A DNA stretch of 63,635 nucleotides, counting the filler, from Octopus bimaculoides (taxonomy: Eukaryota): the NCBI RefSeq assembly GCF_001194135.2. It is 5 parts of 5 records of this genome, joined end to end, with 100 filler letters (N's around TTAATTAATTAA, not from the genome) between each part and the next. Parts side by side here need not be neighbours in the genome. Positions count along the whole stretch, not along the records: positions 1 to 24,055 come from NC_068987.1; 4 more parts are not named here. One strand, given 5' to 3'. Below, piece by piece: positions 1 through 13,637 of this stretch. Both the position numbers and the translations under genes were made by a program. The notes under the pieces were generated by a model, which worked only from the letters and a program-made list of their open reading frames with translations, searched no databases and was not told the DNA's origin. Within the stretch, counting starts at the first letter, position 1; each line of letters opens with the position of its first letter.

Positions 1-2
1 TT

Positions 3-8
3 GATAGG

Positions 9-58
<50 letters not shown>

Positions 59-82
59 TATAGACAGACAGACAGATAGATA
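3..82 (+). repeat. (GATA)n/(GACA)n microsatellite
   Basis: Direct tandem gata array grading into gaca at the window start. Confidence 0.95.
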
Positions 83-858
83 GACGGAAGGATCTTTACG
101 CACGCGCACACATCTCTGTGTTGCTATTTTAAAATTGCCTAACAGTTTAGAAAAACTTACATCGTGTCAGTCGCACGAAATTTACATAACAGCATTGCAG
201 AGAACTTGTACAAACCTACAACACTTAGATTAGCATTTCACCACTGACAGATGTACGTATGAATGATAAGTCCACAGGGTTTAGCGTGATACGTAGCTGT
301 TATAAACGTGCCGATAGCGATATCATCATTCAGTTGGTAGCAGAAACGAAATGCAAAAGGTAGAGGAGAAATGGCCATGCGGATAAACAAATTTAGTCAC
401 CGGGTAGTAAATGTATGTAAGCCTACATTTCCGACTGGTAATTTATCGACGAGAATACTAATCCGAAGACCTTGTAAAGAGCTATATCTCAAAAACGCTC
501 ACAAAAATAGCAATAAAATTTATACCAGAAATAAGAATTCAAGTCAAGAAATATTTTACTGCATTCTATCGTAAACTTTATCGACTGCACATTTATTTTT
601 TCCTTTATATAGTGATCCGTCTGGTGGTAACGAGTATTAGCATTAAAAAAAATATCCGTGTATTCTTAGTGACCATCCCACATTACCGCACTGAACTTCA
701 GCCCATTGTGTGTGTGTACGTAATTGTGCATGTGCATGCATGTATATATATGTAATGAAATATAACTGGTTAGTTTTAGGTATGTGTCATGTATACAAAT
801 GAGTGTGCGTGTGTGTGTGCGTCTGTGTACGTGTGCATGTGTGTTTGTGTGTGTGTCT

Positions 859-925
859 TGAGGCGTGTGGCTTAGTGGTTAGGATGTTGCACTCATAAAC
901 GTAAGATTGGCGTTTCCATTCTTGG
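859..925 (+). mobile_element. Degenerate tRNA-derived SINE head
   Basis: gaggcgtgtggcttagtggttagg has a box A-like TGGCTTAGTGG and resembles the heads at 29007 and 51434; the body is missing. Confidence 0.5.
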
Positions 926-980
926 AGAGGCGATGAACAGACAGACGGGCTGATAGATGGATGGAGACATAAAAAGATGA

Positions 981-1013
<33 letters not shown>

Positions 1014-1267
1014 GAGGTGACAAAAATTACTAGTGCCTGTACAATAATCCCTCGATTATCACGTGTGTTACGTTCTAAAACACCCCACGATAGCTGAAAA
1101 TCTGCGAAGTAGAAACAGCAGTGTACTGTATATTTTAAAATTTATTTTCATAATTTATATATATTTATTTTACTATAAATGCAAATCAACACCACGTACG
1201 AATCACCGTAAGGTTGAATAATAAACCGCGATAGGTGAACCGAGATATGACGAGGGATTACTGCATT

Positions 1268-1380
1268 TCACATTGAATCTTCCAGAAAATTACGTAAAGG
1301 GTGTACGTTTCTGTGGAGTGCTCAGCCACTTCCACAGAATTTCACGAGCAGGCTGTTCCGTAATCTGAGTAAACATTCTG
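1268..1380 (+). mobile_element. 3' fragment of the SINE family seen at 29007
   Basis: ctgtggagtgctcagccactt...aatttcacgagcaggctgttccg matches 29285-29337 and 51645-51695. Confidence 0.8.
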
Positions 1381-1559
1381 GAAATAAGGACAGTGTAAAG
1401 TTATCTAACATTATCACTAACACAAAGAATTAAAAATTACTAGCGTACTATTGAGACCACTTAAAGTTGCCATCCATAGTAGTTTTTTTTTTTTTTAAGC
1501 ATATTTGTAAAGAGAATGTAACTAATATACAAACCAATATCATTAAGAAAATACCTTAC

Positions 1560-1697
1560 TTCGATTTTCATTTGGACTGTTTTGTTTGATAATGATGGTG
1601 TTGCGGTGAAGCCGAAAACCAATTTGTCTGTACTTTCACTATAGTCATAATCATCGTTGGTGGTCATATTCGTTCGTCGGCGGGGTTGGGGAGACAT
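1560..1697 (-). CDS. Candidate isolated coding exon (MSPQPRRRTNMTTNDDYDYSESTDKLVFGFTATPSLSNKTVQMKIE), unverified
   Basis: On the minus strand there is an acceptor ttgcattttcag ending at 1715, an in-frame stop before the ATG at 1697, and a donor GAA/gtaagg at 1560/1559. No partner exon was found. Confidence 0.25.
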
Positions 1698-4600
1698 TTT
1701 TAGTGAATGTTATACTGAAAATGCAACTTCGATAGTGAAATAGAATTTTCCATATTTCCTTAATCCTGTATGCTAATTTTGAAACTACTGCATTCTTAAA
1801 CCTATTTGGCCATAAACATGTATAAACATTATCCATCCATTATTAGAAAGATGTGATGATATTGATGGCATGTTACCCGCATGCTTTGCGGTAAATAGCA
1901 ACAACACATCTTGATATAACTGGTAAATTAGTCAACACCGGATTTAAAAAGTTACACAGCTTTGAAGTATAGAAGATTCTATGATTTATTTACATATAAT
2001 GCATCTGTGTGTTTATATTTAGTTGGCATTTGGCTAATGATGAAACTTCCACAGTTCTTTTTGTTATTCGTGAATTCTCTAAAAAAATGTGGTGCTGCTT
2101 AACTAGTCTTTTTTGTATTTAATTTTATTGCAGTATTATTTTGGGTTACGATGATTGCTCGTAAATACATAGTCAACTGAAGAGAAACTGACATAACTGT
2201 CTGGGTCATGAAATTTACAATTTTCATGTTTACGATGAAAATTTTATCTTAGTACTTGCGTGAAGGTCGTTTTACGATATCACTTTCATTCGTAAAATGT
2301 GTTCCTTTTTAAATTTAATACGAATTACATGCCAATTTCTTCTCGTGTTCATGTTTCAGCAGCCTAATGGAATGTGATTACATATCGCTCGAACATCGAT
2401 CAGTGATGGCGCTTGTAACTGACGTTTTACCACCCAGAAATGATAGCCCAGTCTCTTCTAAATCACATTCATCTAAGAAAATAGGAACACGTTGAATACG
2501 TTGGTTCTTCAGTAATATAGCCACAAAAAGAATGTATTGTCATTCCTGGAACGCTTTTTGATCATATCTCATCTCAATCATGCTTAACCTAGGTATAACA
2601 ATTATGAAGTCACTCTGTGTGGGCGGCTGAAAACTGATTGCTAAGCAGTTCTTGAAGAAATTAATGAAAGACTTTAGGAATATATAAAACTGGCTAAGTT
2701 ACACAGAATTCTAAGTAGGGAAGTAATGTCCAATACTCAACTAAAAATTTAGTGTTTTTCTTTCGTATGAATGAGGCAATATAAGTTGTTATGATTTCAT
2801 TTGTTGAATCTGTTAACTTATTGTCACACATCTCAACACTGGCCCCTTTTTAAAGGGAATAACACAGAATAGGGCGAAGACTAATAAGTAATATCAGACT
2901 TAGTTATTAATACTAACACAGGAGATAAATGCTAATGAGCGTGATGCACATCATCGCTAGCATTTGTTTTGATCCTATGATTGCATCATTTCTTCGGCAC
3001 ACTTGATTAAATATTTCCATGTAGCTGTAACCATAGGAGGATTACAAGTAATGTCCAGAAAAAGGTTTTGTACCAACCAATAGGTGTTTTGTATGTAAAA
3101 TGGATAATGAAAACATCCCACCAGAAATCCGTTGCGTAATACATAGACGAACATGATCGGCAAATATTAACATAGGTCGTATTATAGATTCTCAATGTTT
3201 CCAATAACCTGAACATATTGTTCATAATAGTATAAACTGTTGCAAATGTCATTAATGACTGCTAATAACATATTCCTCAGCATTGCCACACTTTTGGACC
3301 TGCATGCAATGAGACAGGAATATAATTGAAATTTAGGAGTTTGAATACGCGTACTATTTAAATATATACCAGACAAATAACACTGGAATTTTAATGCACA
3401 AGTAAGGAATTGGTTTCGATGAAGTGGACGAATGGGACGTATTGTTAATTGTTCGAACGATCTTTTCAAAGGAAAAGTTATATGCTGATACCGTATAAGC
3501 CTTTTGTATTCTAGCTGAATATACGAGAATTCACAGATTCCCTTCGTATCTAAAACCGCTTCTTCCAAGGCACAAATGGCATTCAGTATTGAAGGAGAAA
3601 ATTGCTGTATCGACTGGATTTGATAGTGGCGTTTATATATATTTTGTAAACGTAACGTTTACTTAGGCAAGATTTGAATACCATTCCCAAATTAAATAGT
3701 GAAAATCTTATAAAACGGACATGCTAACTATGCAACCATTTACTCACATTGAGTTAGAGCGGGCTCGTAGTTATAAAGAAAGCGAAATAAGGTTGCATGA
3801 CATTTGATTTTGCTAGTTAAATATGAGAGCTTAGTGCCTGTAGCAATGCCGACTTACCCAAATTAATGAAAAAATGATTCTAAGTATACTCAAAGGATTA
3901 CGTATACGAAAGAAAAACGAGCATTAAATGTTGTATAGTACTGAAGTAAATTATAACTCTTGCAAAGAATATTAAAGTTGAGGACCTGCAACGGTACTTT
4001 ATCATTTTACTACATTGAAATAACACACCTAATAATCAGCAATATATGAGTATTTGTATGCGCATGTGCACTGGACTGCATTTATTAACTTCAATCGCTA
4101 TTTACGTTACAATATATTTGAGCCACTCATATATTTGAAGACTGATATTTATGTTACCAAACCTATTGTAATCTAAATATTAGTACAGTGGGCATGCCAT
4201 AAAATTAAGTGATCAGGACAGCCTTTATATGAGCTTCTAGCATTCTAATTACATTATCTCCTAGGTAATTCGGAACCATCTCTTTCCGTCTTTTCATTCT
4301 GGAAGGAATTAAGCAGATACACAATGATTTATACGCTATGCGGTACAACACATTGAGACACAGAAGACGAATAAGATTCTGAAAAATGGGACTAGATACA
4401 GGACCTAGAAAAATACTCCACTTAAGCGAGAATGCCGTATGTTACCTTCAATAATAGCCCGGCATATTGGCCACATTGTTGATATTGGACATGTTATGGT
4501 AAACATCTAATCTAATTAACTACTTGATCTGTCCCAGAAACCGGACGTCGAGGGCTTAGCTAAAAATAGGAGGCCTTGGAAGAATGTTATATTATTACTT

Positions 4601-6984
4601 CTGCATACTGAATTACTTGAGCATTGATACGCAGGCTATCAATTGATACGAATCATAGACTTTTTCAGACAGCTTACTGTTGTAATTTACGTGAGAGAAT
4701 CAACCCTGAGACGATGACCCGTAGATTATTCGGGAAAATTACATGCACGATATACAGCATTATTTAGAATTATGTGTGTATGTAGTTGTCAAGGCGTGCG
4801 CCGAAAAATGGGAGCAGGAGGCTAGCAGTTTGTAGTTATGTTTGAATATTGCATAAAAATATTTTTCTATATTTTAGTTTAATATATTTATATATTTTTT
4901 TTTTCTCATTCAGATTGTTGGATTCATGCTGGATCTTAATAATGTTGAAATACTACTGGACCAACTAACATTTCATCACCTTAACGTTATCCAGTAACTT
5001 GTATACTTATTCCTATAAAGATTGTAATATATCAGGATTCAAAATTGATTATTTGCATAAGCAAAATGTTCAAGCTATATTATAAAATCTAGAAAGAATT
5101 TCTGATTTTGATGTATCAGTCATACTGTTTTATGTAGAAAGAAAAAAAGGACGGCAATCAAATCAGACGTCATTTATGATGGATGTTAAAAGTTTCGCAT
5201 TATATACCATTGTGTGTGTTCTGCAACTTTACTTTAGAAAATGGACAAAGTTGTATTTTAGTAAAAAATGAAAGTACAAAATACTTAAGCGTCACCTTCT
5301 GTAGAAGTTTCCAATCAGAAAATAAAACGAGCAATTTTTAAAAAAATACTATATACGTATCAATAGTTAGCATTTCTGGTAACATCAGAATACTAGAAAT
5401 ATCAATTATATATCTGTGTGTTTGTGTTTACCAATGAGCTTACAAAGAAGAAAAATAATACTGATGTTTGGAGCTGTAAAATTTATGTATATGTTTCATA
5501 ATTTACTACCTAGGTGTTCAGAGTTGACGTAATACGTTCTTTTCATGCAATGGAAAACAATAACCACATAAATATAGATAGTTAGGTAGATATAAATAAA
5601 GAGAGATTGTTAAAAAGACACGTACACATTTCTATCCATTTACGTCTACACACACACACACACACATCATACAGATACACATGTCATTTCGATGTGGTAT
5701 TGTACTAATTCTTTTATTTTGTTCTTTCTATATGTATTCATATTTTTTTCTTTATTGGTTTGATAAATTTTTTTAGCATTATCAGTATTTCAGCAATGAC
5801 CAGTGTGACATATATTTTACTAGTTAAACATTCGCCAGTAGTGTTATTAGCATCGTTACTATATGCGCATAGCTTACAGCTGTCTGTAATCTCGTATATT
5901 TACACAAACTCAAGCAGAAATATCTTCATTTAGAAAAAGAATGAGCCAAAACACATATATAAATACACGGGTACAACATTTCTTATATCACAAAAAAAGA
6001 AATTGAACATAGAGTCATTATATTTTTACATCCTGGATGAAATCAGTAATGAAATATTTTGCGATATTAAAATCATTGAGGCTGATAAAATTATCATGTC
6101 AACTATTTGTTGATTTTCAAATAACTCATAAACTAGATCTACAGTAAAAGAAAAGAAGTAGGATTGAATTTAAATTGTCTTCATCCATCAATATTACTGC
6201 CTGCAACTTTTAGTCGTCAACTTTAAAATTACTGGCCCTGTGCAGAACGAAGACTCGAATAATTTCTAAAGTTATTATTATCACCGTCAACTTGAATGAA
6301 CTTTCAAGAAGACATGCTTGTTAGACATTCTTAATTTATAGAGCTTATCTACTGTGAAGATTTTGCAAACACTCATGACAAGTTGTAGTTTAGTAAACCC
6401 TGCATAATTGGAGAGAAAAGACATTATCTAATTGACAGCTAACAATAAGGTGGTACTTTACCAACTTAGCTTAGGTAAATTTGCCAAATTTTATTTTCTT
6501 TCTCTGTATATTTTGTAAGTTACATCTCATGCAATTTAAACATTTTTTTTTTTGTATTTACCAATCTTTATATGTTTTTATATATTATTTCCGCTGTTCT
6601 AAACAGATTTATATCACGTTTCATTTACTTCTTAGAATAGTGGTTAAAATGTCTATGAATATACGCAATGTATATATTTGTATATATATATATGTGTGTG
6701 TGTTGTGTGTGTGTATGTATGTGTGCATGTGTGTATGTGCGTTTGTGTGTGTATGTATGTGTGTGCATGTCTGTATATGTATGTGTGTGTATGTATGTGT
6801 GTCTATGTATACGCAATTGTGTGTTTGAGTGTCTGACCCTGCGTGCGAGAGTATACTCCTCATAAGTCAGAAGCGGGCGATTAATGAACACACGCACAAA
6901 GTGAACACACTTACACACACACACATGCACACACACAAACACAGACACACAGACACAGATACACACACACACATATATATATAA

Positions 6985-7200
6985 TTCAAATTTACAGAAA
7001 ACAAACGACGAAGACAGGTGTAGGAACAAATAGCAGGTTTAGTATTTTCACGCTCAGGAAAAATAGAAAAGTGTTTTACGTCTCGACCCTACGCTCTTCG
7101 ACAGAAAGGCCGGAGAGGAAAAGCTGGAGAGAGAAAGAATGTGCAGAGCTCAGCGTTCCAATATGGCGTAAAACAGAAAATAGACAGACAGACTCATTGT
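6985..7200 (-). mobile_element. Non-autonomous PLE-type element end carrying a decayed hammerhead-like motif
   Basis: The minus strand aligns over about 120 nt with 19365-19490 (ctttctgtcgaagagcgtagg...acgtaaaa...agcgt...ttgttttctgtaaatt). It abuts a (TA)/(CA) tract and runs into a gap. Confidence 0.65.
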
Positions 7201-7622
7201 GCNNNNNNNNNNNNNNNNNNNNNNNNNNNNNNNNNNNNNNNNNNNNNNNNNNNNNNNNNNNNNNNNNNNNNNNNNNNNNNNNNNNNNNNNNNNNNNNNNN
7301 NNNNNNNNNNNNNNNNNNNNNNNNNNNNNNNNNNNNNNNNNNNNNNNNNNNNNNNNNNNNNNNNNNNNNNNNNNNNNNNNNNNNNNNNNNNNNNNNNNNN
7401 NNNNNNNNNNNNNNNNNNNNNNNNNNNNNNNNNNNNNNNNNNNNNNNNNNNNNNNNNNNNNNNNNNNNNNNNNNNNNNNNNNNNNNNNNNNNNNNNNNNN
7501 NNNNNNNNNNNNNNNNNNNNNNNNNNNNNNNNNNNNNNNNNNNNNNNNNNNNNNNNNNNNNNNNNNNNNNNNNNNNNNNNNNNNNNNNNNNNNNNNNNNN
7601 NNNNNNNNNNNNNNNNNNTATA

Positions 7623-8455
7623 CTAGCAGAAATACTCGGCGTTGCCCGGGTTGAAGAGAGAATGAAATTTAAAAACGCCGTCTATATTACGCAGGTCTGA
7701 ACTGCTAGTTGTTGAGATACCAACTTTCTACATTAATAACTCTCCAACCCATGCTAGTACGGAACATAACCTTTAAGTGAAATGTTAAAAGAAATTTTTC
7801 AACTCATATATGTATATAAAGTAAATAAACGTAATTCAAAAACACGTTTTGTGTAGCTTATTACGTAACGAAAAAAACAGGTACAGATTATAAACAATGA
7901 AAGGTCTATTTTAGTGATTAATTTGACAGAGGTAGTAGAGAGCCAGTCCGATGATAAATCTGACTTTGGATCTTGAAAAAAAATGAATTCCGGTTCCAAA
8001 TGATGTGATCTTTAGTGCAGCGTTCTATTGTCTAATTTTGTTTTGGAAGTGCTTGGAATGTTGGTCAGTTGATGACAACAGTTTCTTCAATGGCTCTGGT
8101 GGTTGGAGGATTGGGGGTGTTTGACCTTTCCACCACTGCAGCAAAGTGCAGGTGTTTCTCCAGGCCCCTCCCTTGCCAATGGAAACTCTAGTGTCATCTA
8201 CACAATGAACTGCCGGATCATAATTGAAAGCTGCTTCTTAGAAGTTACTTCTTTGGGCTGTTGCAACTGCTTTTCGTTCTGCATGGGAGATCCAATTCCT
8301 TCTCTGCCGTGCATACCTCTGGCTTTTGTAGTGCACATTCTGATTGTTTCTTGGTAAGCTTCACTTTCTGCAGCTGTCTTTGTTTCCCTATACAGAGACA
8401 TTCTTTTGACTGACATTGACATCGTAGACAAATTTGACACTGTCCTTCTAGGCAT
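7623..8455 (-). mobile_element. Internally deleted Helitron: degraded RepHel N-terminus plus intact 3' terminus
   Basis: The minus 3' end reads CCCGG-GCAACG-CCGAG hairpin, TATTTCTG, CTAG (7626-7623) then T, the canonical Helitron end. Frameshifted translation of 8455-7990 gives MPRRTVSNLS..., AAFNYDPAVH, GETPALCCSGGKVK, PPEPLKKLL...SKHFQNKIRQ*NAALKITSFG, typical of Helitron Rep N-termini. The 5' end is not defined and may extend toward about 8900. Confidence 0.85.
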
Positions 8456-8916
8456 GGTTATATATGTACACAGAAATACACGAGTGCAGAAGATAGCAAG
8501 CAAGGAAATTAACTGGGTAACGGAAATTATATTTCTTAATGTGACAGAAAGTAAATAAGAAATGTTTTACGTAAAATAAAGAATTGTACGGGCTGAAGCA
8601 AAATTTGTCAATTTGTGAACCAAATAACCACTATCGAAGGAACCAGAAAAAAGCTGTTAACAACACAAAATCACAAAACTGTTGCAAAAGTAAGAAGATT
8701 TTCGGGAAATTTACTGAATGTACGGATTAAGAGAAATTTTAAAAGTTACTTTGGTCAGTAAATTATGTATGAAATTACTTTCATCAGTAATTTTGAACTT
8801 CTTACTGTCAGTAATTTGTCGTTTTTTTTTGTTTTTTTTTTGTACATAGCGATTGAAAACTTACAGTGAAACAACAACGATTGAACTTCAAATGAAAACA
8901 ATAGAGAGTGCGCTAC

Positions 8917-8930
8917 AGAGAGAGAGAGAG

Positions 8931-8964
<34 letters not shown>

Positions 8965-9153
8965 AGAAAGATAATGAGAGAGAGAGAGTAAGAAAGATAA
9001 TGAGAGAGAGAGAGAGAGATAGCTAGTTAGATAAATAAGATAGATATAGATAGTTAAGATATAGAAACATAGATACAGAGAGATAGATAAATTTAGAAAT
9101 AGAGTTGGATAGAGAGGTAGAGATAGAGAGATATAGAGAGATAGAGATAGATA
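8917..9153 (+). repeat. (GA)n/(GATA)n compound microsatellite
   Basis: GA-rich array that includes a duplicated gtaagaaagataat unit. Confidence 0.9.
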
Positions 9154-9793
9154 GACTATTTGCATCATAAACAGCTGGTACTCTAAAGAAAATATTTGCT
9201 TTTTTCACAAACTTTAAATTCATTTGTTTTTTTCTTCCTGTATTAACACTCTGTAAACAGGGTTGCCTCTTGTATCTTTTCTGGCATCTGTTCCACATTT
9301 CTGCTGACATAAAAAACCTTGTTTATATTCCTTAAAAATCTTATTCTAACTGCAATCATACAGAGGCTTTTTCCAAGTATTGGCTAGAAATACGCCTTAT
9401 TACGAAGCCGAAAACTATTGCGTAAACTCAGTACCATAAAAAACATGAGTGTTTTGTAAACAACGAAAAAATTATGTAAAAGACAGCCAGTGTCCTAGAT
9501 TCAGTTAACCTTCGTATGTGATATTCTCATCCCTTCCAGGAACTTTATAATAGCTAAATGCATATAAGCTAGGGGAAATAGTCTTAGTTCATCTAAGCGT
9601 GGTTTTCAAAACTAAAAGTGCACAACACCCAATCAAATAGTACTTGTTATGGTTTATTGTGCATTAAAAGGAACTAAAATCGGAGCATGAAATATAGAGA
9701 GAAAGCCAAATGTTTACTACAACATATCTCGTCCTACAAAAATGACTATTTGCATCATAAACAGCTGGTACTCTAAAGAAAATATTTGCTTTT
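9154..9793 (+). repeat. 50-bp perfect direct repeat pair (9154-9203 and 9744-9793)
   Basis: gactatttgcatcataaacagctggtactctaaagaaaatatttgctttt occurs identically twice, 590 bp apart. Confidence 0.95.
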
Positions 9794-10201
9794 ATCATGA
9801 TTTTATGAATGGCTATCTAGGCAAAAGCACATGCCAAGTATTTAAAATTTACATCTTTTTATAACCCCTGAGTGTATTATTCTGAATATAATTTTTATAC
9901 CTTTTCAGAAGATATTTTTCTCGGTTATATTTGAACGGATATAAATTGAACACCTCATATGCACGTTCGCGCCAATTCGATTTTAAACTCAGATACATGT
10001 AAAATAAAGTATTACTAAACATCTCTGATTAACAGCAAATAATGAGGTTAATAGTACCTAAACAACTAGATATTCAGAGCTGTAATCTGTGGTAAGTATT
10101 CATTTATAGTCTCTGTGGTTCATTTCTACACTTTGTTTCAGTCCAAGAACCAGTACGTTCGAATCATATGCACGCATACTTATATACACGTAACGTATAT
10201 G

Positions 10202-10241
<40 letters not shown>

Positions 10242-11126
10242 TGTGTGTGTGTGTATGTGTGTGTTTGTGTGTGTGCGTGCCTGCGTGCCTGTCTGTGTGT
10301 GTGTGTCTGCGTGTGTGTTTGAGTGTATCTGAACGCACAAACACACACACATATACATGCAAACGCACACACGTATATATCCCTGAAAGCTATTATATTT
10401 AGCACACACAGTTATTCATAGCTATATCATTGCATTCATTAAATGCAATCCCTAGACTTAAAACAGACTAGTAATGATTTGCATCGCTAAGAGTCAATGT
10501 GGTTAAACTTGAAAGATGGTGTCAAGATAGATGTGATGCTATCAGCAATAAACTTATCCAATATCGGATCTTCGGGAAAGGTTACGAGTAATTTAAAGAA
10601 AAGAACGCTTCATGTTAGTGTAATTATATTCCTGCCTTTATCTGAGCCTCATTTAAATTACTCTTCTATAAGTAATATATGTGTAAAAGAATATTTACGC
10701 AGTTTTTGTATGTAAATTTCAAGCAAAGTTTTGTTAGATAAAAGAAGAACGTTATCCAGTTGAAAATTAAATTAACATTATGAAAATCATTTCACCAGTA
10801 TATCTAGAAATCTGACGTTAGCACATACGCATTTATGAAAATGATTTTATCATGTGGATTTGAACTAAGAATAAAACTACACTCTACACAATATTTAGCC
10901 TCTCAACGCATGATCTGGAATACGCATACAAATGTGTGTACATATATGTATGATGTATACATACATACATACGCACACACACCCATGCACACGTACACAC
11001 ATTCATACACATACACATATATTATTTAATGCACACAGTATATATTTTCATGAGCTATTAAAAGTTTCATGCAATGGAAACGACTCAGCATTTTATAACA
11101 AATCTGTTGCCTTCACCCAGTACACG

Positions 11127-11157
<31 letters not shown>

Positions 11158-12147
11158 GTAAACATACAAACGTATATTTATATATACATATGTATGCGCG
11201 CACACACACACACAATCAGACGCACACATAGTCCTGCATATGAAACAAAACCACGGTAGTGAGACTAATAATGCGTTCAAGTATTTGTTTTTTATTGATC
11301 AGATATTTAGAAGATAGACTTCAATTAGTTAAGAATCAAATCTATTTAGTATTCTCAAGGTTTATATACATGATATTGTTTTTATATTTCACATTCGCTA
11401 TCGTGTTATTTCAGTAGTTTAGAAACTGTATGATACATAGATATTTTCAACAGGTAAAACAATATTTTAGTGTTGATATATAATGAAAAAATAATTAGAA
11501 AACTAAATAGAAATATACGTGTGCTGAGAATAATGCGATGCTAATCAATGGCAAATTTTATTTTCGTCATTCGAGTTGAAACTGACATATTTAGGAAATT
11601 ACACGCGTAGTTATGACTATCGCTAAATAATTATAGAAAATTTTACATTTATAGACGCAGGGAAATCGATATGACTAGAAAATATATAAGTCTGTGACAT
11701 CGTACGTACGTAAAATCATACTTATGTTCTGTTCTCATCGAAATATTATACATTATACATTAAAAACCTAACTACCATATATCATATTTTCCTTTGCAAA
11801 CCTATATGGAAGAGAATATATTTGCTTATGTCCATTTTGCTGTGACAGGAAATCGCATATTTCCATTGCAACATATATGTCACAGTGTAGATTCTTTTCT
11901 TTCCTATTCAATGTACATGAAATGCGATTTACCTGTTTATCTTTCATTACATTATTCTAAGGATGTTCAACTATCTAGATATAATCCGCATATATAACTT
12001 GCGGTGTAGTATGGGCAATCACTTATTAATATCAGTGTATGGCCTTCTAAATTTTGGAATGATTTAGATACATAAATACGGTATACTATGTTTGTCCGCT
12101 TTCAGTATGTTTCCTTCTTACAAAGCGATCAACTGACATAATCTCCA

Positions 12148-12320
12148 GCACGCCGGGCGAAATGCTTAGCGGCATTTTGTCCGTCTTTACGTTCTGAGTT
12201 CAAATTCCGCCGAAGTTGACATTGCCTTTCATCCTTCTGGCTTCGATAAAATAAGTCCTAGTTGAGGACTGGGGTCCCTCTGGGGAAATTGCTCACCTTG
12301 TGCCATAACTTGAAAGCAAT
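12148..12320 (+). mobile_element. tRNA-derived SINE with Deu/Nin-like central domain
   Basis: gcgaaatgcttagcgg...gttctgagttcaaattccgccga...tgcctttcatcctt...cgataaaataagt is the same family as the copies at 39450, 53278, 60574 and 60804. Confidence 0.85.
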
Positions 12321-13545
12321 ATTTCTTCCTTGTTTTCTTCATAGCTTTTTTAGAGTTATGTGTGTATGCAAGCATCCGTTTCTGTAGACAGACACTAGAA
12401 CACGCTATTGAACGCACTTTTTCATTTTTTATGGTTGAATTCATTTAACTGCTATTGTAGAAGCATATTCTTAACCGTTTTATTTTCCCCAAAAATTCCT
12501 TAACACTCGACGTTCATTTTTAATTTATATGTTTAGCTACGTGTATATGCACGTGCAAGTGTATATCAGACAGCAAAATACAGACACTATTGTACTGTAA
12601 GTAATATTTATGCAACGTAAATATTTCGGCGCCACGAATGCCATATTCATTGGCCATACAACAGCAAATTAACAACTAATATGAGAGAAAATAAGATTAA
12701 TCATAACAAGTTTTGTGGTGCAATTCCATTTCAGTGAGTGTGAGTGTAACATGGAGTGAAGCTGGAAAAAAATCAGAAAGACAACTGGCTTTTTACACAA
12801 TAATACTGAAGTAATTTACAGCAGAAAAATATTAACCACAAATACAGCTGCATATCAGTGGTGTCTATAAGTGTAGTGTGGTAATAATATCCTTTGTAAC
12901 TATCGAAGACTTCACACACAGAACATGCTGTTAGTAATTGAAGAAATCAGTAGATGAAAGTCAATTTAGACATTCCTATTTCACGAAATCTAATGGAGAG
13001 AAAGACGATATGTCTCTATGTATTACACGTACCCTGTCGTGATCAATTTCACCCTTTCTAACATTTGCAATTTAGTTGTTGCTTTCGAAGCAATATAAAT
13101 GTCAATTCTGGTGTCAGAATATTAACAACTGAATATGTTTAAATAAATTATATATCGTATTGCAATACCCTTACTTCATTCTTCTAACAATCTAAGAACA
13201 CTTATAACTTAGCTATTTCATTGTGAGTATATGTAATAATTCGATCACCACTAGCACCACGGAATTCAATGCGATGACCACCACTGCCATATCTCCCACA
13301 ACTGCTTATACTTTCACAACAACAACAACAACAATAATAATAATAACATTGATACAGTACCAGACAGTAGCTCTCATGATTTTTGATCTTAACTGATTGG
13401 AAGTGTTATCATGTACATGTTTTGTCTTGATATAAAAGATAAGCTACACCAATTATTCTGCGCAATAGCACAGATTTGCTTTTCAGTTGTTTCACCTTAA
13501 CCAATTGCGCATATCCTTTAGTGACTGACAATGTATGCATCTCTG

Positions 13546-13548
<3 letters not shown>

Positions 13549-13614
<66 letters not shown>

Positions 13615-13637
13615 TGATAACAATAATAATAATAATA
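13549..13637 (+). repeat. (TAA)n microsatellite, left flank of the R4/Dong fragment
   Basis: Direct ATA/TAA array. Confidence 0.95.

Noticed and set aside
2975-3568. Cluster of overlapping minus-strand ORFs with hydrophobic stretches, possibly a decayed membrane-protein gene
   Set aside because: No recognisable motif, consistent frame or splice structure; it cannot be supported without a homology search.
4790-5212. Possible DNA transposon remnant ending aaaagtttcgcattatataccattg
   Set aside because: No second terminal repeat or second copy in the window, so it is not supportable from this sequence.
6481-7029. Overlapping ORFs rich in C/V/Y/M or H/T/I
   Set aside because: They are translations of (TG)/(TA)/(CA) microsatellites. 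The same applies to similar ORFs near 10100, 23300, 24270, 41580, 43460 and 55920.
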